Shown here one piece after another: positions 34,676 to 48,100 of a stretch of 64,000 nt of DNA. Numbering within the stretch: the first letter of the stretch is position 1; each line of letters starts with the position of its first letter. The notes below the pieces were generated by a model. The model worked only from the letters and a program-made list of their open reading frames with translations. It made no database searches and was not told the DNA's origin. The translations under genes were made by a program, and so were the position numbers. This stretch comes from Macrostomum hystrix (Eukaryota > Animalia > Platyhelminthes), in NCBI GenBank assembly GCA_950097015.1, contig CATNEN010000001.1, forward strand, positions 26,288,001 to 26,352,000. The letters run 5' to 3'.

Positions 34676-35638
34676 ATGAACTCGCGAGTCCTGCTTGCGG
34701 CGCTAGCTTTGGTGCTGGTGGCCCTCGCCGTCCCGACATACGCCACCGAGCGGCCGAAGGGCGAGCCGGACATATCGGCCAAGGCCAAGCACACCGACAA
34801 GGATGGGCACCACGACGCGGCGTTCGACCACGAAGCGGTCACCGGATCGCACAAGGAGGCCGAAGAGTTCAAGGACTTGACTCCGGAGGAGTCGAAGAAG
34901 CGCCTCGCCGTGCTGGTCAGCCGCATGGACTCCGATGGCAACGGCAAGATCGACAAGAACGAGCTGACCAACTGGATTGTCAACTCCTTCAAGAAGCTGG
35001 ACCGCGAGGACGCAGCTAGCAAGATGGAGGAGCACGACGAGAACGACGACAAGAAGGTGACCTGGCCCGAGTACCTGCACAAGGCCTACGGTTACAAGGA
35101 AGACGAGCTGAAGGAGTTCGAGAAGGACAAGAGCCCGGACATGCAAAGCTTCCTGACCATGCTGGAGGAGGACAAGCGAAAATTCAACCTGGCCGACCAG
35201 AACCATGACGGCGCCCTGGACCTGGAGGAGTACACCTTCTTCACCCACCCGCACAACTACGACATTATGGCCCCAGTGGAGATCGACAAGACCATGAAGG
35301 ACTACGACAAGAACAAGGACGGCTTCATCGACGAGAAGGAGTTCATGGGCGAGGACAAGATGGACCCGGAGACGTCCAAGGCCGAGAGCGAGCACTTCAA
35401 GCAGTACGACAAGAATGGCGACGGCAAGCTGGACCGGGACGAGGTCAAGGCCTGGACAATGCCCAAGTTCGAGGACTCAGCTGCCACCGAGGCCGAGCAC
35501 CTCATCAAGGAGTCGGACAAGGACAAGGATGGCGTTCTCACCAAGGACGAGATCCTTGGCCAACACGAGCTGTGGGTTGGCAGCCAGGCCACAGACTACG
35601 GCAAGCATTTGGACGAGATGAAGAAGGACGAGCTGTGA
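34676..35638 (+). CDS. Calumenin/reticulocalbin (CREC family) multi-EF-hand ER protein, intronless
   Basis: Signal peptide MNSRVLLAALALVLVALAV, motif LTPEESKKRL, EF hands (DSDGNGKID, DQNHDGALD, DKNKDGFID, DKNGDGKLD, DKDKDGVLT), GSQATDYG and C-terminal KDEL. Confidence 0.95.
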   Translation: MNSRVLLAALALVLVALAVPTYATERPKGEPDISAKAKHTDKDGHHDAAFDHEAVTGSHKEAEEFKDLTPEESKKRLAVLVSRMDSDGNGKIDKNELTNWIVNSFKKLDREDAASKMEEHDENDDKKVTWPEYLHKAYGYKEDELKEFEKDKSPDMQSFLTMLEEDKRKFNLADQNHDGALDLEEYTFFTHPHNYDIMAPVEIDKTMKDYDKNKDGFIDEKEFMGEDKMDPETSKAESEHFKQYDKNGDGKLDRDEVKAWTMPKFEDSAATEAEHLIKESDKDKDGVLTKDEILGQHELWVGSQATDYGKHLDEMKKDEL

Positions 35639-36109
35639 GCTGCGAGAGCCGAAATGATCGCTGAACTCGCAAGCCAACTGAGTGATTTTCATAGCTTAAC
35701 TCAGCGTGACATATGCCAACAGAGCAAAGCCAACCAATTAAAGCTTTGCCTGCTACGAAGTGCTAATCCTCCACTGACTTTTTTGCTAGAGTATTAATAG
35801 TACATTTTACCATAGCGACTCAGTAGGCCAATGAACCATAGTGTATACAGGTATCGCATTGCTTATCAATATTAGCAACCACTATTCTCCTTGTCATTCC
35901 CGGAATTTCTGGACTGCTAATCTACATGCTTTAAACAAATAAACTGGCCTGATCGAAACTGCATGACATCTTGAACAAACACTCAATGATTCTTGCCGTT
36001 GCTCATTGTGCATTTCTCACCTGAAATGCTTCACATCTGGCCCAATGACAAACATGCACCTACAAATCAATTCTCCTGTCTACTACATCATTCTCCTATG
36101 TAGAACGTC

Positions 36110-36335
36110 ATTCTGTAATCTACCACCCCATTCTCTAATCTATCACCCATTCTCTAATATACCACTCCATTCTCTAATCTACCATCCAGTTCTCTAATAT
36201 ACCACTCCATTCTCTAATCTACCATCCAGTTCTCTAATATACCACTCCATTCTCTAATCTACCATCCAGTTCTCTAATATACCACCCCATTCTCTCATCT
36301 AACACCTCATTATCTTATCTACCACACTATTCTCT
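36110..36335. repeat. 20-bp dimeric minisatellite (ttctctaatctaccatccag / ttctctaatataccactcca)
   Basis: Read directly. Confidence 0.85.
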
Positions 36336-36770
36336 TATATCTACACATAGGGAGTTAGTAGCCAGTGGTAATAGCTTTGTATTTCAGACATGGAGGTACA
36401 CGATTACACCCGACTTAAATATTCTCAGGTGTAATCTCCATCACCGTCTATTAGAAAACCAAACATGCAATTAATTCAAAACATATTATACATTTTTTTA
36501 ATTAAAGAAGACAAAAGTAAAAAATATTGTTTTTTATTGGAGAGAACGAGAACAGTAAATGCTGAGTCATGTGACTCAAAGTACATGCATGAATTATTAT
36601 TTCGTAATGCTTATTACATCTAAGCACACATATTACTAAATAGCTACACCTTATGAAATATTTTTCTTTGCAAAACTTAAAACTTGAAGTTTGATTTTGA
36701 CTTGCGGAAGGATTTTTATAAAACATTACGATACAATGATCAACTTTTGTTAGCTTCAGCTATTAGTTCC

Positions 36771-37148
36771 AGAATGAGCAGTTCTCAACCTAGACTGCCA
36801 TCATCTCATACTTAGAATGAGCAGTTCTCAACCTAGACTGCCATCATCTCATACTTACAATGAGCAGTTGTCAACCTAGACTGCCATCATCTCATACTTA
36901 CAATGAGCAGTTCTCAACCTAGACTGCCATCATCTCATACTTAGAATGAGCAGTTCTCAACCTAGACTGCCATAATCTCATACTTACAATGAGCAGTTCT
37001 CAACCTAGACTGCCATAATCTCATACTTACAATGAGCAGTTCTCAACCTAGACTGCCATCATCTCATACTTAGAATGAGCAGTTCTCAAACTAGAATGCC
37101 ATAATCTCATGCCTAGAATGAGCAGTTCTCAACCTAGAATGCCATCAT
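36771..37148. repeat. About 43-bp tandem repeat (aatgagcagttctcaacctagactgccatcatctcatactta...)
   Basis: Read directly. Confidence 0.9.
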
Positions 37149-37170
37149 ATCGTATTTCGAATCGATTTGA

Positions 37171-38210
37171 TCAAATGGATCCGCGGATCTCGAACCGACC
37201 GCGCGGCCCGAAACCGGGCGGATAATACAGGTATTTCAGGGTGTAGCCACCGGGCACGAAGTCGCCGGGCGCAAAGTCGCAATCGCTGGATGATGGCAGG
37301 GCGGTGCCGACAGCGGGCTGGCCAGCCGGTGGTCGGACGGAGCCGCGCCCGGCCCCGCGGCCACGGCCCAGCCCTCCGCCTGCTGGCAAACTCATGTAAC
37401 TGCTGGCCATGTCCGACTTGCCGTCATCCACGCCTGCGTCGGAGAAGTCGGCAAAACTGGGCGATGCGGCAGCTCCGGATGCTGAGTCGTCAGCATCCCA
37501 CTCGCCGCTGACTAGCTCGTTAATACAGCTAGGTTGCGGCGGCAGCTTTAGGTTGCCAGTCACTGGGCCTCCGCCTCCGCTGTTAAGGTCCGCGCTCAAC
37601 AGCGGAACCGCCAGGGCCAACTGCGGGGACAGGATGAGTACACTCTCATGCCTACTCTCACTGCAGGACTCTCCTATCCAAAGGCTAGTCTCACAGCAGA
37701 ACTCCCATCCACTGCCTACTCTCACAGCAGAACTCTCCCATACACTGCCAACTCTCACAGCACAACTCTCCCATATACTGCCTAATCTCACAGCAGGACT
37801 CTCCCATCCACTGCCTAATCTCACAGCAGGACTCTCCCATCCACTGCCTAATCCCATAGCAGGACTCTCCCATCCACTGCCTAATCCCACAGCAGGACTC
37901 TCCCATCCACTGCCTAATCTCACAGCAGGACTCTCCCATCCACTGCCTAATCTTACAGCAGGACTCTCCCATCCACTGCCTACTCTCTCCCTAATTACCA
38001 GTCGAGTAGCATTGAACATACCTGAGGGCACTTTAACAAGTGCTCATTCATCTTTCCTGCCTCTACGATATGCGAATAATCTAGCGGGCAGTGCATTGGA
38101 GTGTGACTGCCGCCCTTGAAAGTGGTGATGCAGCGGGTCATATGATTCACCAGCTTGTGCCGGTCCACCACGTGGACTGCGTTGAATGGACAAGTGATTT
38201 TGTCGGCCAT
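37171..38210 (-). CDS. GTSF1/Asterix-like double CHHC (U11-48K) zinc-finger protein; exons 38210-38022 and 37620-37171
   Basis: CPFNAVH...NHMTRC and CPLDYSH...EHLLKCP. Donor CAG|GTATGT and acceptor ccccgcag are both phase 0. Tail contains EWDADD and an RG-rich stretch. Confidence 0.8.
37650..37985. repeat. 36-bp intronic minisatellite (cagcaggactctcccatccactgcctaatctca...)
   Basis: Read directly. Confidence 0.9.
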
Positions 38211-38334
38211 TGTTCTAATCTGCAAATGGAAAATTTGCAATGCTTGCTCAAAGAACGGAGCTAGTTTTATTTTCTCTAGAATATAAACTAGGATTCCTTA
38301 GAACTGTGCTCAGAGTATCTTTTTACTAGGTTTA

Positions 38335-38540
38335 AAGTCTCCTGTACTAGGTTCAGAGTCTCCTGTGCTAGGTTCAGAGTCTCCTGTACTAGGTTCAGAG
38401 TCTCCTGTACTAGGTTCAGAGTCTCCTGTACTAGGTTCAGAGTCTCCTGTACTAGGTTCAGAGTCTCCTGTACTAAGTTCAGAGTCTCCTGTACTAGGCT
38501 TAGAGTCTCCTGTACTAGGTTCAGAGTCTCTTTGTGCTAG
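38335..38540. repeat. 21-bp minisatellite (ctaggttcagagtctcctgta)
   Basis: Read directly. Confidence 0.9.
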
Positions 38541-39390
38541 GTATAGAATACCTTTTAAGACACATAACTCGAGAAGCTAGATGTACAGTGTTTATTGATT
38601 AATTGTATTCTACGAAATACAGTATGTGTTAAGAAAAAAGTAAGAATATTAGCGATATTTGTTAATAAACATTAGTAGAGAAAAATTGTCGTTGTTTTCA
38701 ATGTACTTTGCCCAATTTAAAATGTTAACAAAAACTGTTCATTTTAAAATCATACAGTCAGACATCACATGTCGTCAGGTACAAGAGGTCAGTAAGACAA
38801 TAATAATGTTTAGAGTGATAAAAATGTAGCACACAGACTATTCGTAAAATTTTTGTCAATAGAGTGATTTAAAAGTTAGCACAATAATCAGGAAGAATGT
38901 GTTTTTTTACTAAAAACTGAGCAGTTAAAACGGAAGCAGCTTAAAAAAACAATATGGAATGCTTGATGGGTAGGAAGCAAATAGGCGTCACATACTACTC
39001 ATTAAAAAACAACAATAAAAAGCATTTAGCTAGAAAATGGATGATTATAAATATACAGGATTACTACATTGAGGTTTAGGGAGAAATAAATACATATTAA
39101 AAACTTTATATTATCGGTAGTAGAAGTACGAGTAGTATGTTGCGAAACTAATGCAAAAACTGCAAATAGCTAGAACTTAGTACAAGGATTTGGCATTATC
39201 TACACAATTTGGGACATGGCTTTACTTTTTTGTACTAATAGTAATGAAGATTAGTTCAGAAAACAATTTAATATTTAGCACTTACTAGTTGCAGTGCGGC
39301 ATATTTATCCTTAAACTAGTTTAGTTGTTTAGTTAAAGATGAGTTGTAACAGAACAAATAACTTAATAAAACAATCAATCACTGATTCCT

Positions 39391-42300
39391 CTAAGATATC
39401 ATCGGCTTGATGGAGCCCGTGACGCCAGCATCATCGAATGCGGCCTCAGAGCCACCCTGGTGCAGGCTGTCCATTGGATAGGACATGGAAGCCGACATGG
39501 CCGGGTCTGCCACCGAAGGACCGGCGGGATAGTCCGAAGCCTTGATCACCTCACCCCACTCGTCTGCGGGGTGGTGGGACTGGGTTAGTGATGTGACTGC
39601 TCTGTATCCCCCCACTGTTGTGTATTCCTCACTGTTGTGTATCCCTCACTGTTGTGTATCCCTCACTGTTGTGTATTCCTCACTGTTGTGTATTCCCTCA
39701 CTGTTGTGTATCCCCTCACTGTTGTGTATCCCTCACTGTTGTGTATTCCCTCACTGTTGTGTATTCCCTCACTGTTGTGTATCCCTCACTGTTGTGTATT
39801 CCCTCACTGTTGTGTATTCCCTCACTGTTGTGTATCCCTCACGGTTGTGTATCCCTCACTGTTGTGTATCCCTCACTGTTGTGTATTCCCTCACTGTTGT
39901 GTATCCCCCCACTGTTGTGTATCCCTCACTGTTGTGTATCCCTCACTGTTGTGTATCCCTCACTGTTGTGTATCCCTCACTGTTGTGTATCCCCTCACTG
40001 TTGTGTATTCCCTCACTGTTGTGTATTCCTCACTGTTGTGTATTCCTCACTGTTGTGTATCCCTCACTGTTGTGTATCCCCTCACTGTTCTGCACCCCTC
40101 ACTGTTCTGCATGCCTCACTGTTCTGTATTCCCTTACTGTACTGTATTCCCTCACTGTTATGTATTCCCTTACTGTACTGTATTACCTCACTGTTATGTA
40201 TTCCCTTACTGTACTGTATTCCCTTACTGTACTGTATTCCCTCACTGTTGTGTATTCCCTCACTGTTATGTATTCCCTTACTGTACTGTATTCCCTTACT
40301 GTACTGTATTCCCTCACTGTTGTGTATTCCCTCATTGTTATGTATTCCCTCACTGTACTGTATTCCCTTACTGTACTGTATTCCCTCACTGTTATGTATT
40401 CCCTCACTGTTATGTATTCCCTCACTGTTGTGTATCCACACACGAGTTTTGATATATTAACTCAGTATAAGTAGCAACATGCTACTTATAAAACAGTTGA
40501 GATAATGAGTAGTATACGTAGCAAAAAAGCGCTATTATCTACTCACTTCGCTCGAGTTTCTTGTTCGCAACTCGTCGTCGGATTAGAACCACGGCCGCCC
40601 AGATAATGATGCACACGACAACCAGGATAGCTGTGGGAATATGAGTAAGCACAGCTCAAACACTAGCTCAAATACTAATTAGATGATGAGACATGAAAGC
40701 ATATAAATGAAGGCTTAGTTACTCCAGTAGACTAAGTGACGGATATATTTCACAGCAAAACAGCATAGATCCGAATAGAAGGCCTGGCCTCACCCATCAG
40801 CATGACAACAAAGCTGGGCAGGATCATGCCAGCAATGCGGCCAGTGCAAGAGTAATCAAATTCATCCGAATTGTCGAAGCAATTGTCGTAGCCATCGCAC
40901 ACCAAGTCGTTTGGCAGGCACCTGATGGAGAGGGCAATTAAAAGGACTATCATCTCAGCTTTGAATTGCATGCGTTTTCTATCGACACCCTATCCGCAGC
41001 ATTTATATATTTTAGCATTTCCCATTACCTGGCCAAGTAGCAATCCGAATGCTCTCACTCACCTATACTTATAGTGCCAGCAGAGAAAGTAGCCCTGCTT
41101 GCAGGTGAACGAAGCGCCCCGCATGAAGCTACTGATAGTAACATCGAAAGCATTCATGCGATTCACAGTTCGCTGCTTGTCATCCGGATTGTAGGTGAGC
41201 ATGATCTTCAATCCGGGCGATTTAGTCTCGTCGAATTGCAGGTCAGAGCAGCGCTGAAGGTAATTAGTGCAATTGCAGTACATCAGCACGGCTGGATCAG
41301 CGGGCACCGAGACCTCCGAGCCGCGCCATTCGTCAGGCACCGGGTCCTGCCGCCAAGCGGAGAACTGGTACACAGTGAAGCTGGGACAACTAGTACCGAT
41401 TCGGGGCAGCTTCACCGAGTTCAGTCGAACAGCAAAGTACAACTCGGCATTCGGCGGCTCAAAGTACATCGAGCAGTTCACCTGAGAGACTATTGGACCA
41501 TTTACAACTCTGAATCCGTAGCCACGCCTGGTTGTGTCATAGCAGGAGTCCATTGATACTGCCGGGATATGGAGGGCGGCATTGAAATGCTTATTGAACT
41601 GACTGTGCAGTGAGGATTATGAAATGGAACTGACAGACAGTGTACTGTGAGAACTATGAAATGGAACTGACAGTGTGCTGTGAGAGTTAATACATGGAAC
41701 TGACAGTGTACTGTGAGGATTATGAAATGGAACTGACAGCACTGAGAATTATGAAATGGAACTGACAGTGTGCTGTGAGGATTATGAAATGGAAGTGACA
41801 GTGTACTGTGAGGATTATGAAATAGAACTGACAGCGCTGAGAATTATGAAATGGAACTGACAGTGTGCAGTGAGGATTATAAAATGTAAATTTTGTTATA
41901 AAAAGGACATACAATTGCAGTGTACATTTAAGGTTGACATTTTTTGTAAAATAAGCACTTGGTCAACTTCAATTTCATTGGCTTCAGTTGGTTCCTTAGC
42001 TAATTTTAATGAGAGCAAAGCCTAACAAAGAAACAATGGCCATTTTCTCTTAGCGCCATCTAGCTTAAGAAAATATTTCTATACCACTAATGACTCAGCA
42101 TAATTGTATTAAGATTATCAAATAATCAATACAATAAGTTTCTAGTGAATATTTATTTGTAATTCACATTAAAAATAAATGTTGTGATTTTAGCATTGTA
42201 CACATAAAAGATAGGGCAGGGCATCATACATGCGCAACACCCGGCCGACCTGGCCGAACCGTCTGGGTGAAACGAGGGCCAATCAAGGTAAGTTGCAAAA

Positions 42301-43129
42301 ACCAATCAACCAAGCACAAAAAAATCAAATGGGGGACCAAGGGACAAAAAGGAAGGCGTGAAGAAAAGGAAAAAGGGGAGAGAAAAAGAGAGCAAATGAG
42401 AGCAAACTAAGTCATACATAGAGCAATGAAATGAACTAAGTCGCAAATGAGAGCAAACTAAGTTGTAAATAGAGCAAAAACTAGGTCACACAGCTGGCTA
42501 AGATTTGGGAGGTTACGCATGTATGCAGGGCATAGAAGAGTATGGTCAAACAATGCTAGTGTTGTTAGCACATTGGGACTAGCAGCACTTTTTTAGAGGC
42601 CATGATTTTACAGTGTTCAACACTTCTCTATGAATTTTGTGCAGTGTCTACAAGCTGGCTAGGCCCCTATTTGACAAAGTGAATATCTAGGACTAAGAGT
42701 AAAAAACTCTGAGTCAACTGAATGCAGACACATCAATGAATTGCATATGGAATCGTACAGTTTTCATTTCTTAAAATAATAATAATATATAACATGGTTC
42801 TGTATGATTCATTGACGAGTCTGCCCGAATATGACCAATTGTGGTTGCAATGCATTGGCAAAATTCTAGAAAAAATAAACTTAATTGTTGATTTTCAGTT
42901 TTCTCTATTTAATCGTTATTAATTTCCTAGTTTTAGCTACTGAGCATTAGATTAGCCATTCATTTCTTTATTATTGAATATGATACAGTAGCAACAGCCT
43001 AGCTAGCAAGTAAGAAGGACAAGGTGAGATAATCTTATTCTTACCTTCTCCAGTAAAGGAGTGTACTCTGTCGAGTGAATAGAAAAGAAAAATAAATAGA
43101 GGTCCTGATAGTTTTAAAAGGAGCGCCAT
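39391..43129 (-). CDS. Single-pass membrane protein with CUB-like domain and LDL-receptor class A repeat; exons 43129-43045, 41558-41063, 40921-40794, 40630-40547, 39563-39391
   Basis: Signal peptide MALLLKLSGPLFIFLFYS. LDLa CKQGYFLC...RCLPNDLVCDGYDNCFDNSDE. TM ILVVVCIIIWAAVVLI followed by RRR. All splice phases are consistent. Confidence 0.75.
39603..40440. repeat. 17-18-bp intronic minisatellite (cctcactgttgtgtatt/c)
   Basis: Read directly. Confidence 0.95.
41600..41882. repeat. Degenerate ~30-35-bp intronic repeat (gaggattatgaaatggaactgacagtgtactgt)
   Basis: Read directly. Confidence 0.85.
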
Positions 43130-45119
43130 TGGTTAAAAATATGACTGAACTAAGAAGATATAGAATTCAGACGTCAGAAATCATCGCTTGTACAGTTGTA
43201 CTTATAATGCTCTTGAATTTTGCTACCTTCGACCGGAATCGGCTAAAATTTCAAATTTAGAAAACTAATTTTGCAATAACTGCCACTCTAAAATTACTTT
43301 GAACATTTTTTAAATTCACTCAGTGCAAGGTTGAAAAATTTGATAAAATCTTTGATTGATTTTAAAAACATTTTATTAATAAGTTTTACTTAGGGTTCCT
43401 GCATTAAGGCGCAAGTTCAAAATAGTGGATCCAGACATATTTTCTACGAAGCAGTTACGCTTCAAAATGTGTTATTTCTGTAGCTGTTCCTCGTCATATT
43501 TTTGTAACCTTTTTGTAATCCTAGGCAACCAGGATTACCAGTAGTAGTTTGCCGGTATTGCCTGAAAATAGTTATATTGTTAGTTCACTATTTCTGTTTT
43601 CGTTTAAGAACTTGTATACTCGCTATTCTATCAGTATCATATTATAAATGGTAGCAACGTCCAATGGGAGCAAGGGCGCACTGTTTGTTATACATCTACA
43701 TACTTACGACAACTTTACACACACAAGGCGCGGCTGCGCGGACAGGAATTTCTTTCTGCGCAGCCGCGCAGGCAATTTTTCACAAGCGCGCCAGACGCTG
43801 TCCACAAAACCCCCTATTGGCTCCAATAGGGATCCAGATGACTAACTGTCTAGGATCCTAGTGGGTGGATGACAAAGTGACTTTGATTTGTGGACACTTC
43901 ATTGTCTATATAATTTATAGTTTTTCAAAGTTTTTTCCTGTCTTTGCACTCCATTATTCCTTAATTAGTTATATTGAGACATTTTTTCGGCACCCTTTTT
44001 TTCTGAATTTAACTTTGCATCCATCTTTTTCAACTCTTGTTCATTAAATATGTTTTTACACCTCTACCCTACTAATGGTGGGGTACCAGTCCACTTTGGT
44101 GAGAAGTTTCTTTGGCAAGAACCAATTTTCAATGTTTGTAATTGCAAGTTTATTAGTTGAATCAGTGCTAATTTATTTTAACAGTGGCATAAGCATTTTT
44201 TCATTTTTGTTAGTTCACCACTTCACATTAGCAATATGTAGTACAATTTTTTATTTTTAATGTCATTCGGTGCTTATAATATCACCAACCAATATTTATT
44301 TCATTAGTCAGTGGATTCAGTTCAAGTGTGTAGCTCAATAATTTAAACAATATAACTGAAACAGTAATACTTTTTACCACAAATTTTATATTATATATGT
44401 CAGTATAAGCTCAAGCTATAGAACTTTACTAGTAAAATATGGCACCAACTATTGAAAGCAAAATTTAAATTGTCACCAAAGTGGTTTGTCACTGAAGTGT
44501 ACCTGATACTAATGGTTGTTTTTGGTGTATGAAAAACTGATCGAGCTTTAAAGCATACCAATTGGCTGGATGATGAAGTATTTTATCTTCAAAGATGATG
44601 ACATTTTAAGATGACAAAGTGTGGACAGTATACAGTGCATCATGACACTTGATAAGATTATATTTTGCTGTTGACTACTTTAAGTTACATGCATTGTATC
44701 CTTGCTTGGGATTGCACTGGCTGCTGTATATAACATGTGATGAGTTGCAGTTCTTGAATCCTGACTAGATATGAGTGTGCCAGATGCTATCTGCAAGTAT
44801 AATTAATAAAATATAGTAAAAGTATATTTTATTGCAGAATTTTTCTAGCCTAATATTTTTGTCTTGTATTTCTATGTATGCAATATACATTTGTTGACAT
44901 ATATAATTAGAAACTTTGGCATACAATACATGCAATAGTTATATCTATCTGAATGAACATGTTTAGTTGTTTAAGTGTGATGGTTTTAGAATTTTCAACA
45001 TAAATGGTCTACTCTGATGATTAATCATTGACTAACCATTAACCCAGCTGCACCTGCATGCCTGATCCCACTGCAGCAGTCCAGCCACTGCAGCTGCCCC
45101 TCCGTGTCCTTCAATCCGC

Positions 45120-48100
45120 ATGGACTTTCGCCAGGATTTCGCCCAGCTGCTAGCCGACAAGCTGCCAGTCTTGCCAGCGTCAGCATCCAGTCGGTCGCCT
45201 CCGCCGAGCGCCTTCGATGGCGGCAGCTTCCCCAACCCGCAGGAACAGCTTCGGGCGCTTCGCAGCCTAGCAGCCGAGCGTCAGGCTATTGCTGACCAGC
45301 TGACAGTGAGGCTCAGGCTGGAGAAGCTCACAGCTGCCTTTGCCAGGCAGTGCGCCGATTTCTTGGAAAGCACCGGCGCCATCGACAACTTGGACAGCTC
45401 AGCAGCCTCTGGCATCGGCGGCAGCGACCGGGCGGATGACTCCGATACGGACACTCTGTGTGAGGAGACCGGATCTCTGCGAGATTATCTGCGGGATCTA
45501 ACTGTCAGTGATTCCTCCCAGCAGCAGCAGCAGCCGGAGCCGGACTATGCCCCTCTAACTGATGTTCAACGTCGCAAACAATCTGGTCGACGCAAGAAGC
45601 CGCCAAACCTGCCGCCACCGGTGGCCCAACGCAGGCAGCATCAGCTGCAGCAGCCGTCAGCTGCTAACAGCGGCAACAAGATCTCCGTGGACGCCTGCTT
45701 CAGTGTCTACAGCGAGCCTCCCGCTTCTGACGACGGCGCCTACGCCAGCGTTGGCGAGCCTCTCTATGACGAGCTGCTGCGCTCGCTGGTTGCTGAGCCG
45801 CCGGAGCCGTTACCCTGCGCCGCCCCTGAGAAGGCTCGCCAACGCCACGAACTGGCTCAGCGGGTGCTAAAAGAGGAAACCTTCCACCTGAACATACTCA
45901 AAGTATTGCAGCAGTACTCAAATGCATTGCAGCTCAGAGTGAAAACTAAAGCGGAACTCGTGCAGCAGCTGTTTTATCGACTGGACGAACTGTTGGAAAT
46001 CCAGGTTTGTTGGGACTGGCTAGTCTTCAGTTTGATAATTAGAAAATCTTCATGTTGCACTTATGTAAGCTGCAACATGCATGCATAAAATTGTCTAATG
46101 GAAATGAAAATATCACTCTCCTATTGATTATTGTATATTGAAATAAGTTTCTTGGAGATTACAACTTCTTTGAAGAATTACAGCTTACAACTTACAACTT
46201 CTTACCATAATTTAATGGATATTCAAATTTTTTATAAGCTCCATTTCATAAAAAATCGAAATTTCTTGAAAATCGCCATTTCTGGGAAATCACTATTTCT
46301 AGGAAATTATTTCTTCTTGGAAATCACTTTTTTGTAATTTATACTTCTTAGAAACCACAATTTTCTTTAAAAATTACTGCTTTTGGAAATCCAGGAATCT
46401 TAATTTTAAGGAAAAATATTTTTAATAACTTTAGTAATTATCTGAACAACAAAGTTAGCTTACAAAAAATATTATTTCACAAAAATCACAATTTCCTAGA
46501 AAAGGAGAAGGCTAAATAAAATTTCAGGCTGTTTCTAAATAGCAATTTTTTTTAACCTCAACCACAGGAACAGTTCGTTCGCACCCTCGAGACTCGATTG
46601 CCACAGTGGAGCGAGCGAACAGCCATAGCTGACCTCTATTTGTCCCTAGTGCAACGAGAAGTCGTTCTTGACTACACAAGGTTAGTGGGATTTTTTTCCC
46701 TAAAACTTTCAGTCACGTTTTAAGTTTAGCGCAGAATTTCGATGTGGTAACAAGCCGATATGTATCGAAATAAGTCTAATCTTGCTTGCAGACACTTGGA
46801 CAGCGCTAAGCAGGCCCTCAACAAACTGGAGACTAGTCAGGAGTTTCGCGACATGTTCAAGACGAATCCAAAGACCGGCTCAGCTAACAATGCGACCAGC
46901 GCCACAGTTGAGAAGTGTATGGTGGCCGTGGCCAATACTGGAGCCGCTATGGAGGAAATCAGCGTGTCCGACGCCATTGCCATGCCCGCCAAATGGCTGG
47001 TCACCCACTCCGAGAACTGCAAGATGCTGGTCTGTTTTTAGTGGGCCGACTGGGGCAAACACCTTGGCTAACACTGGAACCCTGTATTGCATTCGCAATG
47101 GGAAGATGAGAAGCCTGTATTGCATTCGCAATGGGAAGATGAGAAGCCTGTATTGCATTCGCAATGGGAAGATGAGAAGCCTGTATTGCATTCGCAATGG
47201 GAAGATGAGAAGCCTGTATTGCATTCGCAATGGGAAGATGAGAAGCCTGTATTGCATTCGCAATGGGAAGATGAGAAGCCTGTATTGCATTCGCAATGGG
47301 AAGATGAGAAGCCTGTATTGCATTCGCAATGGGAAGATGAGAAGCCTGTATTGCATTCGCAATGGGAAGATGAGAAGCCTGTATTGCATTCGCAATGGGA
47401 AGATGAGAAGCCTGTATTGCATTCGCAATGGGAAGATGAGAAGCCTGTATTGCATTCGCAACTTGGGAAGATAAGAAGTCTGTATTGTGTTCTCAATGGG
47501 AAGCCTGTATTGTGTTCACAATGAGAAGCCTGTATTGTGTTCACAATGGGAAGTTGACACCCAAGCTGTCTCATCGCTGTCGTCCCCAGGCCCAGCTGAC
47601 ACCGGACGGTCACGAGGATCGCCAAGGCCTTCAGAGCTTCTGCGATCAGGTTCGCCGAGCATTCGAAGGCCTGTCTAGCGGCGGCGTCGGCGGCAACGGC
47701 GTCGGTGGCGCCGCCGGCGGTGGGGCTGGCGGCGGAGGAGCGGGCGGAGCCAATGGTAGCAATGGGCGGCGCCTGCTGAAGCAGCAGATGGTGGTGGAGC
47801 TGGTGGGCAGCCATTCGCAGAAGCTGCGCCGCCTGTTCCTATTCAACGACGCCCTGATCTGCGCCCGTCAGAAGCTGGCTTCCAACGGCGAGTTTGACCT
47901 TCTGTTGAAGTGGTTCATACCGAAGTCCGCCTTCGTGCTGTTCGACCAGAAACGCCTGCCCGCCGACTTTGAGAACAAGCGCAAGGAGGTTGTGAGCGGA
48001 CTCAAAGCCAAGATTAAACAGGTGCAGACTGAGATTGCCCGCCTCAAGGTTGAAGCCGCCACTGCCGCGATCAAGGGACCGGATGTCAGGAACCTGTTCA

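Noticed and set aside
43812-43862. Hairpin ccctattgg-ct-ccaataggg followed by CTAG as a Helitron 3' end
   Set aside because: Spacing to CTAG is atypical and no other Helitron evidence is visible.
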